In this document: piece by piece, positions 1-8,540 of the stretch
Position numbering within the stretch: the first letter of the stretch is position 1
Layout: each line of letters opens with the position of its first letter
Source of the DNA: Candidatus Methylomirabilia bacterium
GTDB lineage: Bacteria; Methylomirabilota; Methylomirabilia; Rokubacteriales; CSP1-6
Reading direction: 5' to 3'
DNA: 20,820 bases
Assembly (NCBI GenBank): GCA_041496385.1
Contig: JBGQEL010000074.1
Location: 1-20,820, forward strand
Notes under the pieces: generated by a model
Databases searched by the model: none
The model's input: the letters and a program-made list of their open reading frames with translations, nothing else
What the model was told of the DNA's origin: nothing
Translations under genes and position numbers: made by a program

Positions 1-1392
1 ATGTACGCGTACGCGGTCTTCGATCGCGAGGCGCGCCAGCTCCACGTCGCACGCGACGTCCAGGGCGAGAAGTCGCTCTACGTGTACGAGGACGCCGAGC
101 GCGTCGTGGTTGCCTCGGAGATCCGCGCGCTCCACGCGCTGGTGCCCGGGATCGCCCTCGACCCGCAGGCGCTCCGCGACTACTTCCGGACGCGCCACCT
201 GATGCTGTTCGATCGCACGGTCCATGGGGCGGTCCGCGAGCTGCGGCCGGGCCACCTGGAGACGCTGGATCTCGACACGTTCAAGTGGTCGGAGACGCGC
301 GTGTCGAGGCTCAGTGAGTGGATCGACCCGCCGCGCCTCGCGGACAACGCGCGGCGGTCCGTCGAGAGCCTGGCCGACGAGCTGGACGGCCTCCTCGCCA
401 CCTGCGTTCGCGAAATGATCCCCGCGCGGCGGTACGCCGCGGTGGTCAGCGGGGGGGTGGACTCGTCGCTGCTCGCGCGCCACCTCGTGTCCCACGGCGA
501 TCCGGACCTGCTCGTCGCGGTCAACCACGTGGGAAAGGACCGGATCAGCGCCGATCTGGCGGCCTTCGAGCGGGTGCTCGGCCGCCCGATCCGCACCCTG
601 AGCGTGGACGCGGCCGGCTACGCGGCCGAGATCGGCCGGTGCCAGCAGACGTGCGGGAGTCCGCTGCACGCGCACTCGTTCGTCCCACAGTCGCAGCAGT
701 GCGCGCTCGTCCGGAGCGCGGGCTGCAAGGTTCTCTTCGGTGGCGAGGGCGCGGACGAGCTGTTCGGCGGCTACGACGCCTACCTGGACGCCCACGAGCC
801 CGCGGGGCGCTACAGCCCGTCGCCCTACACCGCGCATCTGACGCCGCGCGTGAGCTTCGGCGAGGACGCCCCGGAAACCCTCCAGGCCGCGCTGGCGGCC
901 GCCTGGCGCGAGGCGCTCGACGCCTATGCCTTCGTGGAGGACGGTGAGGACCGGGCCGCGCTCGCGATGATGTACTGCGACGCCGTCGTCCAGCTGCCGG
1001 CGGTCGGGCTCCGCGGCGCCGACCTGATGTCGATGATGTGGAGCGTCGAGACACGAAGTGTCTACCTGCGCCGGCCCCTCGTCGCGTTCGCCCTCAACCT
1101 GCCGCGCGCGCTCAAGGTCGATCGCGGCGAGGGCGTGGCGCCGCTGCTCCGGGCCAAGCCCCTCCTCAAGCGGCTCTTCGTGCGTCACTATGGAGCCGCG
1201 CTGCTCGCCGAGAAGCAGGGGTTCGCGGGCTTTCCCAACGAGGCGGCGGACTGGCTCGGCGCTCCCGACGACTACCTCGTCGGGCGGTCGCTGGGCATCG
1301 CGCCCGGCTCGCTGGCGACCGGCTGGGCCGACCGCGCGACGGCGTGGAAGCTCATCAACCTCGAGTACTTTCTGCGACAGAGGGCCGCGTGA
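1..1392 (+). CDS. Asparagine synthase (glutamine-hydrolysing) family amidotransferase, 5'-truncated by the window
   Basis: Begins mid-Ntn domain (MYAYAVFD..ARDVQGEKSLY matches the (NG)MFAF..RD..G.KPLY segment). Contains the SGGVDSS PP-loop, GEGADELFGGY, D.MSM..SVE.R and K.GF motifs. The N-terminal MCG lies upstream of the window. Confidence 0.9.
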   Translation: MYAYAVFDREARQLHVARDVQGEKSLYVYEDAERVVVASEIRALHALVPGIALDPQALRDYFRTRHLMLFDRTVHGAVRELRPGHLETLDLDTFKWSETRVSRLSEWIDPPRLADNARRSVESLADELDGLLATCVREMIPARRYAAVVSGGVDSSLLARHLVSHGDPDLLVAVNHVGKDRISADLAAFERVLGRPIRTLSVDAAGYAAEIGRCQQTCGSPLHAHSFVPQSQQCALVRSAGCKVLFGGEGADELFGGYDAYLDAHEPAGRYSPSPYTAHLTPRVSFGEDAPETLQAALAAAWREALDAYAFVEDGEDRAALAMMYCDAVVQLPAVGLRGADLMSMMWSVETRSVYLRRPLVAFALNLPRALKVDRGEGVAPLLRAKPLLKRLFVRHYGAALLAEKQGFAGFPNEAADWLGAPDDYLVGRSLGIAPGSLATGWADRATAWKLINLEYFLRQRAA

Positions 1393-2378
1393 AGGAATCG
1401 GAGATCCGCCCCGAGGCGCTCTTCGGCCGGTACCTCGAGCTCGTGCGCGGGAGCGGGGAGCAGATCCTCCGGTCCAGCGCGGAGTTCGTCCGCGTGCCGT
1501 GTCCCGGCTGCGGCGCGGAGGACGGGGAGACGGTCTTCAAGAAGGAGGGCTTCCAGCACGAGCTGTGCGGCTCTTGCGGGTCGCTCTTCGTCTCCCCACG
1601 CCCGTCGCCGGCGCTGCTCGACCGCTACTACACCGAGTCGGAGGCGGTGCGCTTCTGGCGCACGCACTTCTTCAAGGAGACCGCCGAGGCTCGGCGCGAG
1701 AAGATGTTCCGCCCCCGCGCCGAGGAGGCCGCGGCGTTGGCCCGGGCCGAGGGGTTGGGCGCGGGCGCGACGCTCGCGGACGTCGGCGCCGGCTACGGCA
1801 TCTTTCTCGAGGAGATCGCCAAGCAGGGCGTCTTCTCCACCGTGATCGGCGTCGAGCCGGCGCCCGCGCTGGCGGAGGAGTGCAGGGAGAAGGGCTTCAC
1901 GGTGTTCCAGATGAAGGCCGAAGCGGTGCCGCCGGGTACGGTGCGCGCCGACATCGTGACCGCCTACGAGGTCCTCGAGCACGTGTTCGACCCCTGCGAA
2001 TTCCTCCAGGGGGTTAGCCGGTTGCTGCGGCCGGGCGGCCTCCTGCTATTCACGACGCTGACCGTCTCCGGGTTCGACATCCAGGTGCTCTGGGAGCACT
2101 CGCGGAGCGTCTCGCCGCCCCAGCACCTGAACCTGCTCTCGCTCGAAGGCGTACGGCGCCTCGTCCGGCGCAGCGGGCTCGTCCTGGCGCGCCTGGACAC
2201 ACCCGGTCGGCTCGACATCGACATCGTCCGCAACGCCGCCCGCGTCGACCCCGAGATCGTGCTCCCGCGCTTCGTTCAGCGGGTACTTGAGCGCGGACCC
2301 GCAGCCGAGAGCGAGTTCCAGGACTTCCTGCAGCGTCACCACCTGAGCTCCCACGTCCGTGCGCTCGTGAGAGCGTGA
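1389..2378 (+). CDS. Class I SAM-dependent methyltransferase with N-terminal zinc-ribbon (CxxC...CxxC)
   Basis: GTG at 1389 overlaps the upstream TGA (GTGA) and is in frame with track ORF 1038..2378. Motifs CPGC...CGSC, LADVGAGYG (SAM motif I), GVEP, YEVLEH, LRPGG and PPQHLN. Confidence 0.88.
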   Translation: MKESEIRPEALFGRYLELVRGSGEQILRSSAEFVRVPCPGCGAEDGETVFKKEGFQHELCGSCGSLFVSPRPSPALLDRYYTESEAVRFWRTHFFKETAEARREKMFRPRAEEAAALARAEGLGAGATLADVGAGYGIFLEEIAKQGVFSTVIGVEPAPALAEECREKGFTVFQMKAEAVPPGTVRADIVTAYEVLEHVFDPCEFLQGVSRLLRPGGLLLFTTLTVSGFDIQVLWEHSRSVSPPQHLNLLSLEGVRRLVRRSGLVLARLDTPGRLDIDIVRNAARVDPEIVLPRFVQRVLERGPAAESEFQDFLQRHHLSSHVRALVRA

Positions 2379-2383
2379 GGAGG
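2377..2383 (+). promoter_or_regulatory. Shine-Dalgarno site (GAGGAGG) for the kdsB-like gene
   Basis: GAGGAGG ends 5 nt before the ATG at 2389. Confidence 0.7.
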
Positions 2384-2388
2384 CGTCG

Positions 2389-3150
2389 ATGAAGATCGTC
2401 GGCATTATTCCCGCCCGCATGGCGGCCGCGCGGTTTCCCGGAAAGCCCCTGGCCCCGCTCGCGGGGCGCACGATGATCGAGCACGTGTACCGGCGCGCCG
2501 CGCGGGCCAAGCACTTGGCGGAGGTGTACCTCGCCACCTGCGACCAGGCGATCTACGACGCGGTCCGCGGCTTCGGCGGCCGCCCGCTGATGACGGCGGA
2601 CACCCACGTTCGGTGCACCGACCGCGTGGCCGAGGCGGCCGAGGCGATCGAGGCCGACATCGTCGTCAATATCCAGGGAGACGAGCCGCTCATCCATCCG
2701 GACGCGATCGACCAGCTGTGCGAGGCCGCGCTGGCCCATCCGGACCTGCCCTGCGTGAACCTGGGCAACGTCATGACCCGCGAGGAGGACTTCCGCAACC
2801 CGAACCAGATCAAGGCGGTGTGCGACGGCGCGGGCAACGCCCTCTACATGTCCCGCCAGCCCATCCCGACGACCAGGGCCTGGGGCAGTACGCAGGTCGT
2901 GCGACAGCTCGGGATGATCGCCTTCCGCCGCGAGTTCCTCCGGACGTTCGCGGCCCTGGCGCCGACACCGCTGGAGCAGGCGGAGTCGGTCGACATGCTG
3001 CGTGCGATCGAGCACGGCTATCGCGTGCGCATGGTGCTCAGCTCGCACGAGTCGTTCGGCGTCGACACGCCGGATGACCTCCGCGTCGCCGAGGCGCGGC
3101 TCGCCAGCGACTCGCTCGCCGCCGAGCTCTTCACGGGCGCCGGACGCTAG
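2389..3150 (+). CDS. kdsB: 3-deoxy-manno-octulosonate cytidylyltransferase family protein (KdsB-like, divergent)
   Basis: IIPARM...RFPGKPL, MIEHVY, VATC/D-like YLATCD, TDRVAEA, VVNIQGDEP, ALYMSR.PIP, PTPLEQAE and GVDTPDDL; 253 aa. Confidence 0.9.
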   Translation: MKIVGIIPARMAAARFPGKPLAPLAGRTMIEHVYRRAARAKHLAEVYLATCDQAIYDAVRGFGGRPLMTADTHVRCTDRVAEAAEAIEADIVVNIQGDEPLIHPDAIDQLCEAALAHPDLPCVNLGNVMTREEDFRNPNQIKAVCDGAGNALYMSRQPIPTTRAWGSTQVVRQLGMIAFRREFLRTFAALAPTPLEQAESVDMLRAIEHGYRVRMVLSSHESFGVDTPDDLRVAEARLASDSLAAELFTGAGR

Positions 3151-3180
3151 CCGGAGAGCCTCGGAACCCCTCACGGCCGC

Positions 3181-4470
3181 ATGCGCACCTGGAGATTCGG
3201 ATTCGTCGCTCGCCTCGTCCTCCTCCTCGTGCTCATGCTCGTCGTCGTCGAGTCTGCGGTGGTCGGGGCGCTGTATGTGAATCGCGTGCTCCGGCGAGGC
3301 CAGCCGATCGTCGAGTTTCTCGGCTCGTTCTGGATCACCCGGCCTCTGCTGATCTTCGCCCGCTCCGCCGAGAATGCCGCCTTCTACGCCGGGGCCAGGC
3401 AGCAAGACCTCGGCTACCTGTCGCCGACGAATCCGGTCAACTGGCAGCGCTTCTATCCCGCCGACGGGCTGCTGGGCCACCGCACCGGCAGGAACGTCAA
3501 GGCAACCGACGTCCGGCAGTACATGTACCTGACCAACGCGCAGGGGTTCGTGTCCATCGGGGAAGCGGACTACCAGTATGAGAAGGTGAAGCCCTCCCAC
3601 GCGTACCGCATCATCGTGGTCGGGGGCTCCACGGTGCTCGGTCAGGGCGTCGAGCATCCCCGGGGGAACCTGGTGGCGGCGATCAAGCGCGCCCTCGAGC
3701 CGATCGTCCGCGGCAAGCAGCTCGAGGTCATCAACGCCTCGGTGGGCGGCTACGCGTCACGCCAGGAACTGCTTTACCTGATGTCCGAGCTCGCCTACTA
3801 CCATCCCGATCTCGTGATCGTCTACGACGGCTGGAACGATCAGGTCTACAACAACCAGCTGATGGCCGTGTACGGCGACGACCTGGTCCCGCTCAAATCG
3901 GCGACGCACTACCGCAACGAGCAGCGCCTCAACGCCAGCTACTCCGTCACCGGCAGCCTGCTGATCTTCACGGGCATGGCGGTCGGATCGGCAGACGCCT
4001 ACTTGTCTCAAACAGCCACCTACGCGCTGTTCAAGGGACTCGTCGGCAAGCTCTCCGCCCCGGTGTCGCCGACGTACGGGTACTCCCCGAGGAGCGTCGA
4101 GATGTATCGGGAGAACTGGGAGGAGATGATCTCGGTCGCGAGGCTGCATGGCTTCCCGATCGCGCTGTTCCTCCAGCCCCTGATGGGCGTCGACCAGAAG
4201 GTACTGACGCCGGAGGAGCAGGGATACCTGCGCCTCGTCGCCGACATGGACGTCCGGACGAAGTTCTACGGCGACGCCCGGGCCATGGTGGCGACGCTGC
4301 GCGAACGGTACGGCCGCGACCCGGGGGTCTGCGCCGCCGACCTCTCGCACGCGTTCACGGGCGTGGCGGGAACCGTGTACGCCGATTCCGGGCACCTCGT
4401 CGCAACGGGGAACGAGATCGTCGCCCGGAACATCGTCGCGTCGCTGCAGGGTTGCGAGCTTCTCCGGTGA
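3181..4470 (+). CDS. Membrane-anchored SGNH/GDSL hydrolase family protein (putative O-acyl esterase/transferase)
   Basis: N-terminal hydrophobic helix (LVLLLVLMLVVVE). SGNH blocks: VVGGST (I), EVINASVGGY (II), YDGWND (III), YADSGHL..TGN (V, DxxH). Confidence 0.8.
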   Translation: MRTWRFGFVARLVLLLVLMLVVVESAVVGALYVNRVLRRGQPIVEFLGSFWITRPLLIFARSAENAAFYAGARQQDLGYLSPTNPVNWQRFYPADGLLGHRTGRNVKATDVRQYMYLTNAQGFVSIGEADYQYEKVKPSHAYRIIVVGGSTVLGQGVEHPRGNLVAAIKRALEPIVRGKQLEVINASVGGYASRQELLYLMSELAYYHPDLVIVYDGWNDQVYNNQLMAVYGDDLVPLKSATHYRNEQRLNASYSVTGSLLIFTGMAVGSADAYLSQTATYALFKGLVGKLSAPVSPTYGYSPRSVEMYRENWEEMISVARLHGFPIALFLQPLMGVDQKVLTPEEQGYLRLVADMDVRTKFYGDARAMVATLRERYGRDPGVCAADLSHAFTGVAGTVYADSGHLVATGNEIVARNIVASLQGCELLR

Positions 4471-4488
4471 ATTGACGCGACGGACGCC

Positions 4489-5508
4489 ATGGATCGACTA
4501 CGAGTCGGCATCGTCGGCTACGGCAGGATCGGCCGCCTCCGCGGGGAGCTGGTGGCGCGTCACCCCGGATTCACACTGACGGCCGTGGCCGACGCCGCCG
4601 GCCCGGCGGCGGGCGCGGTGCCCGAGTGTCCATTCTTCTCGGATCCCGCGGAACTTCTGCGCCGCGACCTCGACGCCGTCTTCGTGTGCACGCCGAACGC
4701 CGTGACCCCCGACCTCGTGGTGGCGGCGCTCGACGCGGGCCGCCACGTCTTCGCCGAGAAGCCGCCGGGGCGCACGCTCGACGACGTCCGGCGCATCCGC
4801 GCGGCGGAGGCGCGGCACCCGGGGCTCAAGCTGAAGTTCGGCTTCAACCATCGCGAGCACGAGAGCGTCCGGCTCGCGGCCTCGCTCGTGCGGTCGGGCG
4901 AGCTGGGCCGGCTCATGTGGATGCGCGGTGTCTACGGCAAGGCGGGAGGCCCCGAATTCGCGCGGGACTGGCGGAGCGATCCGGCCGTCGCCGGGGGTGG
5001 GATCCTGCTCGACCAGGGTATCCACATGCTCGATCTATTCCGTCTCTTCGGCGGGGAGTTCGAGGAGGTCAAGAGCTTCGTCGGGCGGACGTTCTGGACG
5101 GTCGGCCTGGAAGACAACGCCTTCGCGCTGCTGCGCGGCGCCGACGGGCGCGTGGCGATGCTGCACTCGTCCTCGACGCACTGGAGCCACACGTTCCGCC
5201 TCGAGATCTACCTGAGCGACGGCTACCTGGTGCTGCAGGGCCTCCTCACCGGGACCCGGACCTATGGCCGGGAGACGCTCGTGCTCGGCCGGCGCGACTG
5301 GAACGATCCGGATGGGGCGCGCGGCACGCCGCGCGAGGAGCGTTATCACTTCGACGAGGACCGCTCCTGGGAGCGCGAGCTCGACGACTTCGCCGCCTGC
5401 ATCGTCGGCGACCAGGCGGTCTCGAGCGGCAGCTCGCTCGACGCGCTACGCGCCATGGAGCTGGTGTCGCGCATCTACGGCGACGACGCGGAGGAGGGCG
5501 CGCGATGA
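4489..5508 (+). CDS. Gfo/Idh/MocA family NAD(P)-dependent oxidoreductase
   Basis: VGIVGYGRIG Rossmann motif, DAVFVCTPN, GRHVFAEKP, GFNHR and GGGILLDQGIHMLD. Confidence 0.93.
   Translation: MDRLRVGIVGYGRIGRLRGELVARHPGFTLTAVADAAGPAAGAVPECPFFSDPAELLRRDLDAVFVCTPNAVTPDLVVAALDAGRHVFAEKPPGRTLDDVRRIRAAEARHPGLKLKFGFNHREHESVRLAASLVRSGELGRLMWMRGVYGKAGGPEFARDWRSDPAVAGGGILLDQGIHMLDLFRLFGGEFEEVKSFVGRTFWTVGLEDNAFALLRGADGRVAMLHSSSTHWSHTFRLEIYLSDGYLVLQGLLTGTRTYGRETLVLGRRDWNDPDGARGTPREERYHFDEDRSWERELDDFAACIVGDQAVSSGSSLDALRAMELVSRIYGDDAEEGAR
5490..5498 (+). promoter_or_regulatory. Shine-Dalgarno site (GGAGGAGGG) for the CDS at 5505
   Basis: Strong purine tract ending 6 nt before the ATG at 5505. Confidence 0.6.
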
Positions 5509-6482
5509 GGCGGGTCGTGACGGGTGGCGACCTGTCCCAGCGCGAGGTGCGCCCCGAGGCGCTGCTCGACCGGTACTTGAGCCTGGTCGAGGCGGACCTC
5601 CAGTCCCTCGGTGTGCTCCCACAGCACGGACGCGAGCGTCCCTGCCCGGCCTGCGGTCATCCGGGAGCGCCGGCGTTCGAGCGGTTAGGCTTTGCGTACC
5701 ACGCCTGTCGCGACTGTGCCTCGCTCTTTGCCTCGCCGCTGCCCGATCCTTCCGCCCTCGAGCGCTATCACCGGGAGGGTCGCGCCGAGCGCTACTGGCG
5801 CGAGCAGGTCCTCACGGCGACGGCCGCGGTGCGGGCGCGCTACACCCGCGGCCCGCGGATGCACTGGGTGACCGGCACGGCGACGGCACGCCTTGGAGGG
5901 GGGCTCACGGTGTGCGAGCTGGGCGGCCCCAACCCGCTGGACCGCGAGCTCCTGATGGGCTCGGCGGCCTTCGGAGCCTACGTCAGTGCCTCGCTCGCAG
6001 AGGAGACGCCGCGGGGAGCTCCGGTGGCGGACGTCGTTCTCGCCTTCGAGGCGCTCGAGCGCGCTCCCGATCTCGCGCGGGCGCTCCAGCGGTGCCGCGG
6101 GCTCGTCCGGCCTGCCGGGCTCCTGTTCGTCAGCACGCTGTCGGGCAGCGGGTTCGAGGTGCGGCTGCTCGGCGCGCGCATGCGCTCGCTGGTTCCGCCG
6201 GTGCACCTTCAGCTCCTGTCGCGGCCGGGCTGGGTGGCGGCGCTCGACCGGGCCGGCTTCACGCTGCTCGAGTACAGCACCCCCGGCGCGCTGGACGTCC
6301 AGGCCGTCGCGGACGCCTGCCGGCGCGATCCGAACCTGCGCCTGCCCCCGATCGTGGACGAGCTCGTCCGGCACGAGGACGACGACGTGCTCAGCGCGTT
6401 CCAGGAAGTGCTCCAGCAGGCGGGCCTGAGCGCCCACGTGCAGCTCGTCGCCGCCGCCGACCCGGCGTTCCGCGGAGAGTGA
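5505..6482 (+). CDS. Zinc-ribbon methyltransferase-domain protein, paralog of 1389..2378 with degenerate SAM-binding motif
   Basis: ATG at 5505 (ATGA overlap), in frame with track ORF 4626..6482. Motifs CPAC...CRDC, FEALER, VRPAG, PPVHLQ and TPGALDV; colinear with 1389..2378. Confidence 0.82.
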   Translation: MRRVVTGGDLSQREVRPEALLDRYLSLVEADLQSLGVLPQHGRERPCPACGHPGAPAFERLGFAYHACRDCASLFASPLPDPSALERYHREGRAERYWREQVLTATAAVRARYTRGPRMHWVTGTATARLGGGLTVCELGGPNPLDRELLMGSAAFGAYVSASLAEETPRGAPVADVVLAFEALERAPDLARALQRCRGLVRPAGLLFVSTLSGSGFEVRLLGARMRSLVPPVHLQLLSRPGWVAALDRAGFTLLEYSTPGALDVQAVADACRRDPNLRLPPIVDELVRHEDDDVLSAFQEVLQQAGLSAHVQLVAAADPAFRGE

Positions 6483-6484
6483 CC

Positions 6485-7579
6485 ATGGCCGAGTCCATCG
6501 CCCAGCCCGAATACAAAGCCTACGCGCGCCTCCCGCGTGACCACGCCCGCGACGCCGCCCGCGCGGCCTCCGCGCTCGACACGCTGCTCGAGACGGCGCG
6601 CCGGGTCGAGAGTCCTCTGCTGCGGGACGTGAAGCCGGTCATCGCGATCGCGCTGAAGTGGAAGTTCGACTATCTCGCGAAGACCCTCGACTCGCCGTTC
6701 GAGATCGAGCGCGACGTGGCCTACTGGACCGATCTTCTCCGGGTGCTCAAGACCCTCGGCGAGCAGCGCTGGTTCGAGCTCGCCGCCGCGGGCGGGTCGG
6801 CAATGGACGTGTGGGAGCGAACCGCGCACGGCTTCGACGTCGGCTGGACGACGACGACGCAGGGCGAGCGCTTCCAGGCCTCGCGCGAGATCGCGCGCGA
6901 GCGCCTGACGCAGATCCTCGCGATGCTGGGCGGCGAGGGATGGGTGCGGGGCAAGGAGATCCTCGACAGCGGATGCGGTCCGGGGCGCTACGTCGACCTC
7001 CTGCGCCACCTGGGGCCACGCCGGATCGTCGGGCTCGACCAGGGGCCGGCGCTCGTCGACACCCTGCGCGAGCGCTTCCGCGGTGTCGCCGCGGTGGAGA
7101 TCGTGCAGGGCACCTGCGAGAAGCTAGAGTTCGCCGACGCGTCCTTCGACTTCGTCATCTCGAACGGTGTCCTGCACCACACGCGCTCCGACCTCCGCAC
7201 CATGCTGACCGACCACGGCCGGGTCCTCCGGCCCGGCGGCGTGATGTTCGTCATGCTCATCGGCAAGGGAGGCCTGGAGCTCAAGCTGTGGGAGTTCCTG
7301 CGGGCCTTTCTGTACGACGTACCGATCGAGTCGATGCTGCAGCGATTCGGCAAGGCGATGTCGCCGCTCCGCCTGCAGGGCATCGTCGACCACATGTACG
7401 GCGAGTACCAGGAAACCGAGCGCGCGGAGTTCGAGGCGTGGTGCCGCCCGCTGTTCACCCGGGTCGAACGCGTCGCCGGCATCGAGGGGCTCGACGTGAC
7501 GCCCGAGATCTACCAGGACGACCCGTACTTCGCCGCGCGCTTCGGCTGCGGGCACTTGCGCTACCTCTGCCACAAATAG
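6485..7579 (+). CDS. Class I SAM-dependent methyltransferase (Methyltransf_11/UbiE-like) with N-terminal extension
   Basis: ATG at 6485 (alternative GTG at 6479 overlapping the upstream stop), in frame with track ORF 5264..7579. Motifs ILDSGCGPGRY, VGLD, LEFADASFDFVISNGVLHH and RVLRPGG. Confidence 0.87.
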   Translation: MAESIAQPEYKAYARLPRDHARDAARAASALDTLLETARRVESPLLRDVKPVIAIALKWKFDYLAKTLDSPFEIERDVAYWTDLLRVLKTLGEQRWFELAAAGGSAMDVWERTAHGFDVGWTTTTQGERFQASREIARERLTQILAMLGGEGWVRGKEILDSGCGPGRYVDLLRHLGPRRIVGLDQGPALVDTLRERFRGVAAVEIVQGTCEKLEFADASFDFVISNGVLHHTRSDLRTMLTDHGRVLRPGGVMFVMLIGKGGLELKLWEFLRAFLYDVPIESMLQRFGKAMSPLRLQGIVDHMYGEYQETERAEFEAWCRPLFTRVERVAGIEGLDVTPEIYQDDPYFAARFGCGHLRYLCHK

Positions 7580-7586
7580 TCCGGCC

Positions 7587-8540
7587 GTGACAATCTCGAG
7601 CGTGCTCGTCACCGGTGCCGCCGGCGGGATCGGGTCGGCGGTGACCGAGCGCCTCTGCGACCGCGGGCTTCACGTGATCGCCTGCGATGACTTCACGACG
7701 GGCCTGTCTCGCCCCCCCCATCCGCTGGTCGTCTGGGAGCATCTCGACGTGGGGGACGCGTCCCTGCCGCAACGTCTGAGCGCGCACCGGATCGACGCGG
7801 TCGTGCACTGCGCCGCGCGGCTGGCGGACCGCTCGATGCAGGAGCCCACCGCGGACGTGCGGACGAACTGCCTGGGCAGCATGCAGGTGTTCGAGTGGTG
7901 CGCTCGGGCCGAGGTCGAGCGCGTCGTGTTCTTGAGCTCGTCGGCGGTCTACGGCGAGCAGCCGCCAGCGCCGATCAAGGAGACCGCGACCCTCCATGCC
8001 GGCACCATCTACACCGCCTCCAAGATCGCCTGCGAGAGCTTTCTCAGGATCCTCGAGACGGGCTACGGACTTCGGTGGACGGTCCTACGGCTCTTCCCGA
8101 CGTACGGCGGTGGGCACAAGCCGAGCAAGACCCAGGGCATTCTCAACGTGATGCTGACGCAGTTGCTCGCCGGCAACGAGGTTATCGTGCGCGGTTCGCT
8201 GGAGCGCGTGCGCGACCTGGTGTACGCGGAGGACACGACGCGCGCCATCGTGGACGCGCTCTTCGCCGACTCGACGCGGAGCCGGATCCTGAACGTCGGC
8301 ACCGGCCGCGGCCATACGGTGCGGGAGATGATCCACCTTCTCGCCGAGGCGCTGCATCGCGCGCCGGCGGACCTCGACCTCAAGGAGCTGGCCGGCACGC
8401 CGGGCGACCCGCAGTACAACGTGGCCGACATCGCCGCGCTCCGCGAAGCCATCGGCTTCGCGCCGGCCTACGATCTGCGGGCCGGCATCGCGCGCCTGGT
8501 CGCTCAGCGCACGGCCCCGGAGGCCGCGGGCGGCCGATGA
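7587..8540 (+). CDS. NAD-dependent epimerase/dehydratase (extended SDR)
   Basis: VLVTGAAGGIG, VVHCAA, FLSSSAVYG, YTASK (YxxxK), RDLVY and LNVGTG; GTG start. Confidence 0.92.
   Translation: MTISSVLVTGAAGGIGSAVTERLCDRGLHVIACDDFTTGLSRPPHPLVVWEHLDVGDASLPQRLSAHRIDAVVHCAARLADRSMQEPTADVRTNCLGSMQVFEWCARAEVERVVFLSSSAVYGEQPPAPIKETATLHAGTIYTASKIACESFLRILETGYGLRWTVLRLFPTYGGGHKPSKTQGILNVMLTQLLAGNEVIVRGSLERVRDLVYAEDTTRAIVDALFADSTRSRILNVGTGRGHTVREMIHLLAEALHRAPADLDLKELAGTPGDPQYNVADIAALREAIGFAPAYDLRAGIARLVAQRTAPEAAGGR

Noticed and set aside
1..3. ATG at position 1 as the true start of the first gene
   Set aside because: It corresponds to the internal (NG)MFAF motif of the glutaminase domain, so the gene begins upstream of the window.
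2050..3657. Long antisense ORFs (2050..3657, 8990..10381, 12982..14403, 14827..16032, 16757..18037 and others)
   Set aside because: They mirror well-supported + strand genes, have no family motifs, and are expected from stop-codon scarcity at high GC.
4626..5504. Long N-terminal extensions in track ORFs (1038, 4626, 5264, 7895, 9670, 11135, 14566) suggesting fusions or overlapping genes
   Set aside because: The extensions are Arg/Gly/Ala/Pro-rich off-frame readings of the upstream gene. True starts coincide with stop/start junctions.
1389..6482. DNA similarity between the two Zn-methyltransferase genes as a repeat or mobile element boundary
   Set aside because: The similarity is patchy and codon-structured, consistent with old paralogy. 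No transposase or inverted repeats are present.
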